Both the position numbers and the translations under genes were made by a program. 64,000 bases of DNA, from NCBI GenBank assembly GCA_033442325.1, contig JAWQFM010000010.1:449437-513436 (forward strand), in the 5' to 3' direction. Below are positions 12,568 to 32,188 of the stretch, in pieces; within the stretch, counting starts at the first letter, position 1, and every line of letters begins with the position of its first letter. The notes beneath the pieces were generated by a model. It saw only the letters and a program-made list of their open reading frames with translations, was not told where the DNA came from and searched no databases. The stretch comes from Salpingoeca rosetta (taxonomy: Eukaryota > Protista > Choanoflagellata).

Positions 12568-13467
12568 GCCCACCACTACGATCACCACAACGGGACATGA
12601 CCCAGCACCGTCGCTGATGGCGGTGACGTCCTGCTGTGCCGCTGCGAGCGCCGCGTGAAGACGGAGGAGTTCCGGCGCCTCAATCCGCCGGCGTGACACA
12701 GCCAAAAGATCGCGCACGCTCCTGGTTGTGATGGGGACGGGGTGGTTTTGATGATTTCAGGGTGGTTGTGGTGAGTGGTAGTCAAAGGGGTGCGTTACAG
12801 TTGTGAGTTGGTTGAAGTTGGGTGTTTCGTGGCGGTTGTTTGCTGGATGTGGTTGTGATGAATTGGCGTGTGCATGATTTGGTGTGCAAAAGCTGGAGAC
12901 AGAATAAGGGCAGAGCACGGTGAACAACATGCTAGCACCGTGCATGTGATCATTTCAAATGGGGCATTCGCAACTTGAATGTTTTCACAAAAACATACTC
13001 TTCAGGTGCTGCTGCAAATTTGATTGCGTCGTCTCGGGTCAAGAAACCATAGAACGAATTTCCAAACTGCAACAGACCTTCACTCGCCCGTGTACGCACG
13101 CAGCCGGCACGTGAGTATGTGTGTGTACGTGTGTGTGCATGCTTGCGTGTGTTGGTGCATACGTATATGTATGTGTGTATGTGTGAGTGTGTCTAAGGTG
13201 CGCTGGCTCTACACACGTACGTACAGCACGCATGCTGCCATCATCCATGCGAGCAACCATTGTCCGACAACAACACGGCCGCACCAATGTGATGGCAAGT
13301 GGGCGCAATTGCTCCCGTTCGCACGAACGTCATTGGACAGAATCCCTGATGGGCACGTGTGGCCAGCGGTGTTAACATGCAGCAAGGCGTGAGCACCATC
13401 AAGCAACACAGGCATGTGTGCACTCGTATGCATGCACGCACACGCCTACGCATGTGTTTGTACATCT

Positions 13468-13546
<79 letters not shown>

Positions 13547-14835
13547 CACACACACACACACACAGACGCGTGTACAATTCCTCCAACCCCCCCCCCTCTG
13601 CACGAGCACAGTCTTGCATTCTTGGAGACACACGTGGCAGGCGAGGGGTAGGTTCTCGTAGTTGTGTGTCGTCAGCGGCTCCAGCAGCTTGATGAGCGGA
13701 TGAGCGGACTTCAAATCCGGCACTCGCAGCGGCCGCTGTTCGTGATGGTGGTGGTGGAGGTGGGGGGATGGAGGTGAGGGATCGTGATGGTGATGGTGAT
13801 GATGATGGTGATGGTGGTGATGTCGGTCAATGTATGAGGACTTCTCCTACACACAGAGCCACAGATGTGCTCTCGTTCAACACAGATACATGCGTGTACG
13901 CCCACGTGTCAGCACAAGCAGTGATACTGCGTTACCTCTGCGTAGTCGCGCTTGCTGCTGTCCTCGTGGTCATCATCGTCGCCATCGCCATCCGCATGTT
14001 GCGCATCTGATGACGCAAGCAACTTGAGCGTGCGCTTCGATGCCTGCAAGCAAATGACGCACGCACACACATCAGTGTGTGTGTGTGTTGTGTGTGTGTT
14101 GTGTGTGTGTGTGTTGTGTGTGTGTGTGTTGTGTGTGTGTGTGTGTAGGAGGGAGTGTGTGTGCATACGTCTGTGCATGACCGAAATGCACATGCGCGCA
14201 CACCACATCCACCACATCCACCACATCCACGCCATGCGGCACCTTGTCGAGAGCGGCCCACGTGTCCGTGTATGCGTCGAACAGCGGCGACGGCTGCTCC
14301 CCGGCCGGCAGCTCAGCAGTCGTATGTGTGTGCACATCCTGCGCCATGTGCGATAGCAGCTGTATTGGGGGAGGGGGGGCAAGCAGTGTGATTGTTGTGT
14401 GATTGTTTGGTTGTGTTGTGCGATTGTTGTGTGACTGTTTGGTTGGGTTGCTTGTGGATGGGGTATGCGTTGTGATGTGGTGTGTATCAACATCCCACAA
14501 TCACAACACTCCATCACATACGCTTCCCGGCTCAGAGACACTTGCGCACACCTGCACACGCACACTCAACCACATCATTATCACCACCACCACCACCATC
14601 ACCACCACCTCTGCTGCAGCGGAGATGATGGCGAGCTGGCCCTGCATCGACTGCCACAGCGATCCGAGCTCCACAAATTGCGGCTGGCGGTGGCGGTGAA
14701 ATGAAATGGGGAAGGGGGGAGACATGGAGACGGGTGGTGCAGTGTTGAAAAGTGAGGCGAGAAAACAACAGTCACAGTGTAAGAGCACTTGAGTACATAC
14801 TCGAACGCACACACACACACACACACACACTCACA

Positions 14836-14891
<56 letters not shown>

Positions 14892-14906
14892 CACACACGC
14901 ACACAC

Positions 14907-14942
<36 letters not shown>

Positions 14943-15467
14943 CACACGGGCTCCCCCAACGCACGTAGACTTGGTCTGTGGGGACGGCTGCGTGTCCGCC
15001 AACGGTGGCGAAGAGGCGATCCTGGCGGATGCGGAACTGCCGCGCGCAGCGCTCGTGCTCGTCCGAGATGCGACCAACGTCGCTCTGAGACGCCATAGTG
15101 GTGAGGGTGGTGGTGAGGAGGGCAAGGAGGGCGGTGAGGGTGGTGATTGCAGCTGCTGGCTGTTATCATGAGCGGTTGTGTTGCCTCATTACCCACATCT
15201 CAGCCTTAATGACAAACACAAAAGAGAAAGTTTTAAATCACAAACAAACACACACACACCTGCAGCTGTCGAAGGTACACGATAATCTGCCAGGCGTTTG
15301 CGCTCATGTGCTGTGTTGTCGTGCGCTCGTCGGCGTCGTCGATGCCTGTAAGCAACCGCTGTGCGTACACATATGCGCTCGCCACGAGGATTTGCAAGTG
15401 CTGCTGAATCGTCTCCGCTGTCCGCGTCAGCAGATCGCGTACCTCCATGGGGACTACATCAATGTTT

Positions 15468-15533
<66 letters not shown>

Positions 15534-17576
15534 GTGGGTGTGTGTGTGTGTGTGTGTGTGGGTTGCGTGAGTGAGCACGTAGATATGTGCGCTGTACACC
15601 AACAACAAGAACGCAGGTTAGTGCCAGCACTGCACAAGCTATCCCCTTCCAGTGATAACACTAGCATGATGCACGCTGCTGCATACACCAATCACCTCCA
15701 TGCCCTCTCCTTCATTCTCCATTCTCCAGCATCTACCAATGCTGCAACTCACGGTCCGGGATGGCCTGTCCGCCCTTGTTGCACGCGCGGTTGAAGAGCC
15801 GAATCCCCATTGTCAACAGCGCAAGCTCATGCAGCTGCACACACACACAGACACATACACAGACACACAGACACATACACAGACACACACACACGCACGC
15901 GCGCAACATCATCATGTGGTGGTGGCGTGGGAGGGGGGTGTTGGCGTGTTTGAGATGGCACGTGTGCACACGCGCACACACGTACACATAAACACGGGGG
16001 GGGGGGGGTGCGATAGAAGAGCAGGCGTGTGTGAGCCGAGTGCTATTGACATGAGAATGAATACGTGTTTGAGAGAGCACTAGCAATAAGACAGCCTTCT
16101 GACATACACACACACATACATACGCGTACTCACTCACACTCACTCACACACTGACACACTCACTGACACACTGACATACATAACCGATGGTACCTGCTGG
16201 CGTTTGTTGACACGTGAGAGCGAGACGAATGTGCCCAGTTCCTCAGGGGGAAGAACACTCTCCAGCGCCGCGGTTGTCTCCTTGACCACGTTGATGTCAG
16301 TTGGCGACCCCATGTTGCTTCGCAGCAGCATGCACGACACAATCTGCCGGTACAGGGCTACGGGCGTCGGTGTTGTTGTATTGGTTGTATTGGTGTACAC
16401 GAGTGGATGAGCGTTTGGAAGGATTGTTGTTGTTGTTGATGATGGCAAGCCATTCATTCATAGGTTCATACGCATGTGCACGTGTGCGCATAACTTCCAG
16501 AACGCTACACACTTCACACACACACACACACTTCATTCACACACACACACACACTTCACACACACGCACGCACGCACACACACACACACACACAGACACA
16601 CGCACACACACACACACACACACAGACACACGCACACACACACGCACACACACACAGTGCACATTCGCACCTTCGAACTCAGCGCGCGTCTTGCAGCGGG
16701 CAGCCAAGATGGCGCCCTCAACCTCGCTCATAACTTCATCCATTTCCCGCTGCCGAGCACGAAGCAGGTCCTCTGACAAGCCACCACGCATGGGACGCAC
16801 ACAACGTCGACGGCACAGCAGCAACAGCGAAGGAAATGCCGTGGGAGGGTGGTGAATGTGGAATCGCGTGTGGGCGTGGCAAGACGAGAGAGTAACAGTC
16901 AACAAGCGCTTTGTGTGTCTGTGGTTTCAAGCAATGTCCACATTGCTCACCGATGGGCTTGTACTGTGCTTGAAACAACACTTGCACCGACACCGTTTGC
17001 ACGGCAACAGGATTGGTCCCAAGCAAGTCGACGCATTTCTGGTGGCACACGTCGCACATGGGTCGAAAAGAAATGAGGCGCAGGCAAGGAGTTGAGGGTG
17101 CAAGGTCACGCGTGTGCAGTCACATCAGAAGGCATGCAGGTGCGCATGCAGGCGTGAAGTGTGTTGTGATGCGCAGTAGCAACAACACGCATGTGATGCC
17201 ACTCACATCAACAATGCGCTCAATGTCATCGCGGGAGAGCTCGCGCTCAGGATCGAGCCCAGTGTCAGGGTCCAACACCACGCCTTTCATCTGTTTTGTG
17301 TTCACAAATACAACACATGTGTGCAGCAGACAGCCGAGTAAGACGAACAGCAAGTGCTTCAACAGATACCACAACGCACACCAGCCACCACATTGACGGC
17401 CGTCCCACCATCCACCACTGTGATAACCGTCCCACCATGCCATCACAAGCACTTCCAGGCAAACTCACCACGGCGGCTGCCAACGGGTTTGACACCTGGA
17501 CACCTTTGTCCTCGCATGCCATCACAATGCGACGAATGAGACCATGGATCATGGTCTCCGTCTGTAGAGACCCCAT
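11325..17576 (-). CDS. CFAP206: Cilia- and flagella-associated protein 206 (radial-spoke associated, DUF3508)
   Basis: N-terminus MGSLQTETMIHGLIRRIVMACEDKGVQVSNPLAAAV. Internal VVKETTAALESVLP and VPTDQVY. C-terminal DAGMQTETHPVETHLDRNYEWNEWELRRKALRL|ANMRQKKTHSTQTHNSHFRRENTTQVYLPK is characteristic of CFAP206. Many short exons, not all boundaries resolved. Confidence 0.88.
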
Positions 17577-17617
17577 CGTACTTGTGATCCAAGTGGACCA
17601 GTCGGTCAGGCAGAGCG

Positions 17618-17660
<43 letters not shown>

Positions 17661-17666
17661 GAGACA

Positions 17667-17698
<32 letters not shown>

Positions 17699-17880
17699 CA
17701 GACAGAGAGAGACAGAGAGGGAGTGTGTGTGTGAGAGAGAGAGAGTGTGTGTGTGTGATACACGCAGATATGGGGTGGCACAACACGACAACAGCAACAA
17801 CAGCAACAGGTGTGCGGTTTGCTTTGTGTGCTTGGAAACGCAAAGTTGTGAAAATCAGCCATATCTTCCACTGAATCAGA

Positions 17881-18046
17881 ATGGGTGACAGGCAGCTGAG
17901 GCAGCTGGCTCGCAGGCTGTGGCGTGCAGTCCTGTTTGAGGTTGGTGTTGGTGTGGATGTGTAGTTGGTGCGTGTATGGTTGTTGATGTGTGGTTGTTGT
18001 TGTTGTTGTTGTTGTATGTGCGTGTGCGTGTGTGTTTGTTGGTGTA

Positions 18047-18117
<71 letters not shown>

Positions 18118-18215
18118 GGATATGTACAAGCGTGTACGTATGTGTCCACACGTGTGTGTGTCAATGCAAGTATTTGCACCGAGTAGTGCTTCTCCCTTTC
18201 ACCTCCCCCCCCCCA

Positions 18216-18267
<52 letters not shown>

Positions 18268-18506
18268 TATCCAGGACCGACATGTGCTGTGCATCAACAA
18301 ATGGCCGCAGTTGGTGGTGCAAGGAGGGACGAACGAGCCATCCATTGCAAGGGCGCTGCCATACCTAGCACAGGAGTTACCACCCAAAGGGAGCAGTGGC
18401 AGAAAGCTTGTGGGGCCAAATCATGACTTTGCGCCAAGGTAAGAGTGCGTGTGTGTGTTCTTGTGTGTCTGCGTGTGTGTGTGCGTGTGTGTGTGCGTGT
18501 GTGTTC

Positions 18507-18548
<42 letters not shown>

Positions 18549-20698
18549 GTCGTGCCATGTTACGCTTTCTCCGCTTTTGTCTCTTTCTCTCTCCACATAC
18601 AAATTCATCTCTGCTCGTGCTGATGATTCTGTTCATGTCATCTTGACTCACACACACGCACACACACACACACACACACACTTTCTCTCTCTCTCTTTCT
18701 CTCTCTCTCTCTCACACACTCTCTCTTTCTTTCTGCCCTCTTGTCACTCCTCCTTCCTTGTGTCTGCACATCCCTGATTCACGTCGTGTACTCTTTCCAC
18801 CGTTCGCCCTGGCTGCACTGCAGCATTGTTCATCGCCTTGACAAGGACACAACAGGCGTCACCGTGATTGCCAAACACGCCGGGGCTGCTCGTATCCTCA
18901 ACAACCTTTTTGCCGAACACCAGGTCAACACCAAACACGCTGTGGTGAATTGACTGCCGCGTTAACGTCGTCGTCGGGGTCGTGTGTGCGTGTGTGCTGG
19001 TGGTGCTGTTGTTGGCTGTGTATGCGTGCGTGTGTGATTATGTGTGTATGTGTGTGTGTGTGTGTGCGGCTATGTGTGGCTGTGGTTGTACTTGTGTGTG
19101 CTTTTTGCTTGCCGATTCGGGTTCAGGCTACTCAAACCCTGGCGAGTGATACGTGCGGTGCCAAGCGGGATCACCCACAACAGCCATATACTCACGTTCA
19201 TTTCGTGTTTGGTGGCACGTGCAGGTGGACAAGCGCTACCTGGCCATGACCCTTGGTGCACCTTATCCTGAGAAAGGCCGGCTCGACTTTCCCATCGGCA
19301 CAAACAAAGACACAGGCGCAACAGCATGCATCACACCAACTGTGCGCTACTTGTGTGTGCGCGTGTGTGTGAGTGAAAATGAACGCGTGGGTTGTTACTT
19401 GGTTGTCTTGACTTGACACGAACACATGGGTCTCACGTGCCCTCACAACCACCATCACCTCACCATCACCCTTCCCGTCGCTCGATTGTCCGTGTCCTTT
19501 ACAGATGAGCGCAGATGAGCGGAGTGCGCTGACGAATGTTGTGGATGCCGCCACCAACTATCGTGTCATCGACAACATCGACCACCACATCGCACTCGTC
19601 GACCTGAAACCCCACACCGGCAGGAAGTACGAGAGAGAGAGAGAGTGTGTGTGTGTGTGTGTGTCTGTGTCTGTGTGCCTCTGTGTGTTTCTGTGTGTCT
19701 CTGTGTGTTTCTGTGTCTGTGTGTGTGTCTGTATATCTGTGTGTGTGTTTCTGTGTGTCTCTGTGTGTCTCTGTGTCTGTGCTTCTCCGTCCCTCCGTGC
19801 CTCCATGTCTCTGTGTGCGTGTGTGTGTGTCCATCTACTTTGCTTGATGCCTGTCCAATCACCAATTCCTCATCCCCCTCATCTCCCCCCCCCCCATCTC
19901 CGCGCATCAGACATCAGCTCCGCGTCCACTGCGCCCAAGCACTTCACTGCCCGATCGTCGGTGACAACAAATACGGCCCAGGTGTCACGCCCTGGCTCTC
20001 CCTCGCCATGCGCACACCATCCAAGGTCAGCACACAAACGCATGCTGATGCAGATGTGTGTGTGTGTGTGTGCGTGTGTTTGACTGTTGTGTACGTGTGC
20101 GTGTAAGTGTATGTGTGTATGTATGTATGTGTGTCTGTGTGTGCATATCGTCTGCATGTGTGTGCTGTTCTGACATACTTTATGTTGCCGTTTCCAACAT
20201 CAAACGCACACGTGTTCAGACGAAGAGGAAAGAGCTGTGGTCGCCCCCGCTGTTCCTTCACGCTGCACGCATCACCATCCCAAGGTGCCCTGTGCGTGTG
20301 TGTCTGCGTGTGTGTGTGTCTGTGTATGTGTGTGTGTGTGTCTGTGTGTCTGTGTGTGTGTCTGTGTGTGTGTGTGTCTATCTGTGTGTGTATGTGTGTG
20401 TGTGTCTGTGTGATGATGTGTCTTCCATCTCATCATGAGCGCCATCGCCAACGGCTGCAGATACGCGGACCACTTTGCAGAGATTGACGACAATTCAAAG
20501 AGTGCGTACTTCTTCCTGATTCTCTGATCCAGCGCAATACACAAGCACACACACTCACACTCACGCACACTCACAAACACACACTCACTCACAACTACAG
20601 CCCTGAAACCGCGGTTGGATGTGTCGTGTCCGCTACCGCCCTGGTTCGACGAGGTCGCACAACGTCTCAAACTCCGCCTTCCACGATCCACAACCTGA
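17881..20698 (+). CDS. RluA-family RNA pseudouridine synthase (RPUSD-like, possibly mitochondrial)
   Basis: Spliced motifs VLFE|[29 protein letters not shown] (catalytic Asp), [24 protein letters not shown] and LFLHA. TGA at 20696-20698. Confidence 0.9.
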
Positions 20699-20736
20699 TG
20701 GCAGGGGTCTGACTTTGCTCGCGTGCTTAATGCGCA

Positions 20737-20827
<91 letters not shown>

Positions 20828-21651
20828 CACACACACACATATTCGCGTTGTCCCTGACTAGTATTGACATATGGTAGCTCTCTATTGGTTCTCATAGTTG
20901 TCGCAACAACCATCAGCAACAGTCAACACGAACGAGCAGCCAGCACACGACACAAACTGCAAATACACACGCAAACACGTGTGTGCAAACGTCCAAGCAA
21001 AGCATAAACGGTGCCAGGACGTAAACACACAAACCAGACAACAACAACAACAACAACAACAACAACACAGGCGAATAGAAAGAAACACGGGTGAGGGGTT
21101 CGGGGGATCTTTCAGAATTGACACACGTCATCGAATACGCAAATAGGCACACGTGAACACGCAATGTACGCTTAATACACGCTGTTACTTATTATAAAGG
21201 GGGAAATAACAAGCATTCGCGTGCACGCGCACGCGCGCACGGTACCTATAAGGTCATTCAGAACGCATGCGGGCATGCCGGGCGCCGCAATGCACACGCA
21301 GCCATCACCAGCAACCAGGAAGGCGATGGCGGTGACTGCGCGGATGTCAAGACAGACAAGACATTGTCGATCGAAACAAAACGACAACAGAGAGAGAGAG
21401 AGAGAGGAAGAGGGAGGGACAGAGAGACAGAGACAGAGACAGAGAGAGAGAAAGCGAGAGAAGTGAGAGAGAAAGGCGAGAGAGAGAAAGTGTGTGTGAG
21501 AGAGAGAAAGACACACGCACACACACAGACGCAGAGAGAGAGGGGAACAAGTGTGGGGTCTACCTAGAGGCAAAATTGTTGGGGACCAATGTTTTACGGG
21601 GTAAGGATGCAGCGTCCATCACATCTCCATCACATCTCCATCACATCTCCA

Positions 21652-21823
21652 TCACCAGTCGTCATCGGGCGCGTGGTCCTCCGCACCGGCGTCGCTCTCC
21701 TGCTCGGATGAAGCAGCAACACCGCCCTGATGGGGGCCTGCATCGTCATCAGACGACACATCATCAGACGAGTCATCTTCATCGTCATCGTTATCATCGT
21801 CATCATCATCATCATCATCATCA

Positions 21824-21854
<31 letters not shown>

Positions 21855-23040
21855 CAGACGAGTCCTCATCCTCCATTGCTTGCCAGTCCACCGCTGTCTG
21901 CCAGGTGCGCTCGCCCCTCCCCAACACAACACCAGCACCACCGTCACTGCCGCCACTGTTGCGCGGGCGTGCCGGGCTGCTGCTTCTGCTCAGTCGCCGT
22001 GGCGATGTTGTTGCGCTCACCTCGCCCGAGGACGAGAGGTAGTCGCTCTCCTCATCACCGCCACCTCCATGACCAATACCACCAGTACCAATAACACCCC
22101 CACCACTGCCATCAGCAGCTGCAGTGCGCCGGGCAACAGACCCGTCTGCAGGCCGCATGTGCTCGTCCCCGTGCTCGCGGTGGTGGCGCTGGTGGCGGTG
22201 GCGGTTCAGGCTGTCCCCAAAGTACTTTTGAAGAAACACAATGGATGGCATCAGGCCGTTGCTGTAGCTCTCGTGCAGCGCACGCTCCACCCACTCCCCC
22301 GCGTGGTGTGCGCCGAGGTTGAACCGCTCAACAAGATACTCGGCAACGTCAAGGTGCCCACCGGACACGCTTGCCGCCACGGCGTGGTAGTCGTTGCACA
22401 CCACGTCGCGCGTTGTCAGTGCAAACTCCTCGCACAGCCACTGCACCACGCGCATGTGCCCGGCCTCCGCCGCCCACCGCAGCGGGCAGTTGTCCTCATA
22501 ACGGGCGTCGTCCGGCGTGAACCCGGCGCGGCGCGCAAGGCACTGCACTGAGTTGAGCGAGCCAAAGGAGCAGTACTTGACAAAGATGGGGCGCAGCAGG
22601 CGCGGGTTGTAGTGGTGCATGCGGTACTGCACAAAGTACTCGAGGGCGGGCTCGTCGCACACTTGCATGAGCTCGTCAAAGAACCACGCGCGCCGGAAGC
22701 TGTGCATGATGTCGACGACGTCACGCCATGCGCGCGACACACACCGCAGTGTGCCAATATCGCGCGCCGTGAGGTGCGGGAACACAAACGCCTTGAGCAC
22801 GGGGAATGGCAGCCGTGCGTAGTCCACGACGCCGCCGCTAGCTTTGCTGTCGCAAGAGTAGGCAGACGAGCTAGCGCGAACACGCAGCATGGTCTCTGCT
22901 GCGGTGCGCGACCGGCTGACCTTTGCTCGTTTCGCCATGGACGTAGCGGCTGTTGTTGGCGTCGCTGTTGTTGGCGTCACCGTGGCCGTAGCTGCTGCTG
23001 GCGCCACCTCTGGCGATTTTCTTCTTCTTCTTGAATCCAT
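21652..23040 (-). CDS. Intronless F-box + ankyrin-repeat protein with poly-Asp acidic C-terminus
   Basis: Single ORF from MDSRRRRKS. F-box YARLPFPVLKAFVFPHLTARDIGTLRCVSRAWRDVV. Ankyrin-like repeats DNCPLRWAAEAGHMRVVQWLCE and DYHAVAASVSGGHLDVAEYLVE. Poly-D tail. Confidence 0.82.
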
Positions 23041-23563
23041 CTTCCTGGACGAGCAGTGCCTTTGCCTGCAAACACGTCGAGTGAACATACGAAGACCAGA
23101 TAAGTTGGTGGTGCGATTGTAGTGGTGAGGGGTGTGCAGCAGACGCGGAGCGAAACACCATTGTGAGAAGGGAGCAAAACACCACACTGTCGACGAAACA
23201 CTTGCACCACGCTCACACACCACATCATAATCGAGCCTGCCACCCCTCATCTCTGCCTCTCTGCCGCTCTGCGCCGCCTCATCGTGCTTCTTTCTCTTCG
23301 TCCACTTCTTCTTCTACGACATGGCGTCTCGCACCAGATTGAGGGGAAGAGAAAATGATGGTCGGTGGTGGGCGTTGCGCTGTCCAGGTTGTGGTGCTTT
23401 CAGCAACACCCAAACAACCAAAGCAAGCAAGAGGCTGGGTGGCGTGGCCCACTTCCGTTGCACTTGTTTCTGGCTCGTTGGCCTACTCGTTTGCCTGCTG
23501 GCACCGGTTGTTGTGAAAGCCAAAACGCTCAGCGAATCGTCGGTTGGGCACACGCGTCGCGCA

Positions 23564-24371
23564 ATGGGAGGCAATGTTGTGTCGCGTGCGGCCCAACTAG
23601 TGACCGGTCGGGCTTCCCAAGCAACGGAGCTTGTCCAACAAAAAGAGAACAAACAAAAAGACACCGCCTGTGGTGGAAGGGGTGCCAGTTGTTCGTGGGG
23701 TGGGTGAGCGAGGTTCGCTGTTGTGCAAGGGGTGGATGGGTGGGCAAGGAAAAAGAGGCAAGCGAGCAAGCAAGCGTGCACCGCTCCCACGCTTGCTTGG
23801 TGTTGTTTTATTGGCGAGGCTTGAATGTGCATCGAATCTTTTGGAAGGGTGAGCCAGTGTGAAGGGTGTGATGCAAATTAAACGCAACGATGAGCAACAC
23901 CGCGCAACGCCAGGAGAAGCAGACGGCAAAGGCAGAGTGGGTTTGCTGTGTCTGTATCTGTGCGTCTGTGTGTGTCTGTGTGTCTGTGTGTGTCTGTATC
24001 TGTGTGTCTGTGTGTCTGTGTGTGTGTGTGTCTGTGTGTCTGTGTGTCTGTGTGTCTGTGTGTGTCTGTATCTGTCTGTGTTTGACTGTGTCTGTGTGTT
24101 TGTTGCTGTCTCCGTAAGTGTCTCGCTGTCTTGTGATCTGCTTGCGTGCAGGCCCATCCATCTGTCCCTCACTGATGCCTTGCCCTCACACTTCCTCAAC
24201 GTCACTTGATCCCACCCTTCCATTTTGCAGGGCGCTGCACGCGTGCCGTGAGGCGTACGAGGCCGTGCGCCAATGCCACAACAAGTCCACCTTCTCCATC
24301 TTTGGCAGCCTGTGCCTTGACGAGACCAAGGCCTTCATGCGGTGCTACCGAGAGCACGCGGTACGTTTGTG

Positions 24372-24407
<36 letters not shown>

Positions 24408-24414
24408 TTGTGTG

Positions 24415-24477
<63 letters not shown>

Positions 24478-24859
24478 GTGTGTGTGTGTGTGTGTGCGTG
24501 TGTGTGAATGTGTGTGTCCTTGCATAAGCACCCTCTCTGCGCTGTCTTTGCATAAGCACCCTTTCTACGCTGTCTTTGCATGTGCATCCCCGCTTGTACT
24601 GTCACTGTGGCAAGCTCTCCCCCCCCCTGTGTACGACTTTCCTTCCCCATCCTCACCCCATGCTCCTCCCCCCCCCCCCTCTCCTGGCTCCCTTCACCCT
24701 CCACCTCGTTTGCCCACCGTGTCGCAGGGAGAGCTCAAGACCAGATCCATGGGCGTCGTTGTCGACTGGGACAGGTTTCTCTATGACGACGAGGACAACA
24801 AAGACCACACCAACAGCAGCAGCACCAACAACAGCAGTCAGGAAGAGAAGCATCAATAG
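23564..24859 (+). CDS. Small twin-CX9C (CHCH-like) protein, possible mitochondrial intermembrane-space protein
   Basis: Exons ~23564-23703, 24231-24360, 24728-24859. C-REAYEAVRQ-C and C-LDETKAFMR-C are two CX9C motifs. Start codon is uncertain because there is an in-frame ATG at 23321. Confidence 0.6.
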
Positions 24860-25238
24860 CGGCTCATCGCCAGGCTGGCCAGTTCATGCCATCCACCAGA
24901 GAGACATGGGCTGCTTGCCTCCAAACCGGTCAGAATCGCTACACGCACACCAGCTCATGCACACGCACACAAGCGCTCGTGTAGTTCGTTTATTGATGCC
25001 GACCTCTGGCCCCAGTTGAGACGAGAGGTCAATGTGAGTTGGGTAAGAGGTGGGTTGAATCAGGCAGGCCAATTAAAGAAACCATCTAACAGACCACCAA
25101 CCATGATCATGATAGGCGGCGAAGAAGAGAAATGAACGAGAAGCAGGCAGGCAGGCAGGCAGCAACACACACACACACACACACACATGTGCGCACGCGC
25201 ACACACATACAGACACAAGCGCACACATGTGAGCACGT

Positions 25239-30753
<5,515 letters not shown>

Positions 30754-32188
30754 GCTGCGACGGCAAGAGCACCCGCTGGTTGTTTGCTTGCTTGCTTGCT
30801 TTCACTCTTGCTGCTGCTTGGTTGGTTTCGTCTTGAATTGGGTGCGCGAACGAAAGGTTGATTGGTGCTGCTGCTGCTGATGATGATGAAGACGGTGGTG
30901 GCGGCGGACGGATGCAGGCTGGGTGGGCTGGAATTCGGGTTGGAGTTGCTATAACCGTCGTGACGTGACGTTCCAGGGATGCTGAGGCGCGCGCTGTGTT
31001 GTTTGCCTCACACTCACATCACAAACAACGGCAACAAACAGCAACAACCAGCCGCCACTGGCCTTTGAAGGTGTTTGGGTTTGGGTGTGGGTTTGGGTGG
31101 GATTGTTGTGCGCGAGCGACAGCAAGAGGAAGAAGAGCGCAAACGCCCGTTGTGCTCGTGCGTAAGAGCGGGTGTGCGGGTGCGCGGGTGTGAAAGTGCG
31201 TACTGAGGAATGAAACCGAAACGGCCAACTCAGAGCAGCCAAGGTGGGTGCGCCAACGTTGATGCGGAGGTGCGGCGTGTGTAAGACAATGTTATTACAC
31301 TTAACTGTGCTGTGTACAGCGGTTCTCTCATGATGTGATGTCTTCAACACCACGCCTTGCCCCAGCACAACCGCCATCCAGCCCACCATGGATAGGGATG
31401 GGTCTTGTTCACGTCGCACGTGCGGCAACCCAGCCAGCCATCGCTGCAGCAACGCGCCTCACCCACCCACAAACCGACCGCATTCATCCAAACCGCGCAC
31501 GGCCAAACAAACACAAACAAAAAGGCAAGAGCAAAACCGTTACGTGTTGACGTCTCCGCTGCCTCGTTCATGATTCGTTGGTCAGGTGATGCCTTTATAT
31601 GTCGTGTCGTACCATTGCCGTACTGACTTCAGTCTCCTCGCCTCAAATTTTGCTGACATCAGCTGTTGTGGGCGTCTGGGGATTCTGCGTCGCGAAGTGT
31701 GTTGCGAAGCACTTCATGAAGAGTCCGTTTGGTTGGCGAGAGGAAGTGATGACAGCGCATGCACGCTGCACACTTGGATGGCGTGCGGCTCTGTTGACTC
31801 TGGTGATCTTTCTGTTCTCATCGCGTGTGCCAAGTCCTGGCTGGGTGTTCTTCACTCCATCGTTGCTCGCCCGCCTTCTTGTTGCGTCCCTCTATTCGTC
31901 TGATCCGTAAGAAGTCCTCGCATCATGTAGCATCTCGGCCTTTTGATCTGTGGTTGTTGTCTCCCTGGTTGCGTCCATCTTGCCGCTCAGCCGCACACTG
32001 CGCGATTCACCACCATCTTCGTTTGCATTTTCCATCACCCGATATGCAATAACAGCATCCAAACAGCCCCCACCGCATACAAACCCCCCCCCCCCTCACA
32101 TCGCTTCTTCTGATATCACGCCTTCTTCCGTGCACATTCACACACCTCCTCACGTAACAACAACCCCTGCTGGGTATTGACACGTACC

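Noticed and set aside
17826-17839. RFX X-box upstream of ciliary gene CFAP206
   Set aside because: Only a TGGAAAC half-site with a poor second half, too weak to call.
31742-31907. Possible box C/D snoRNA (GTGATGA ... CTGA with GGA/TCC closing stem)
   Set aside because: The stem is only 3 bp, and the 9-nt rRNA-like complement (GTCCCTCTA) does not cover the +5 position from the D box. Chance occurrence is likely.
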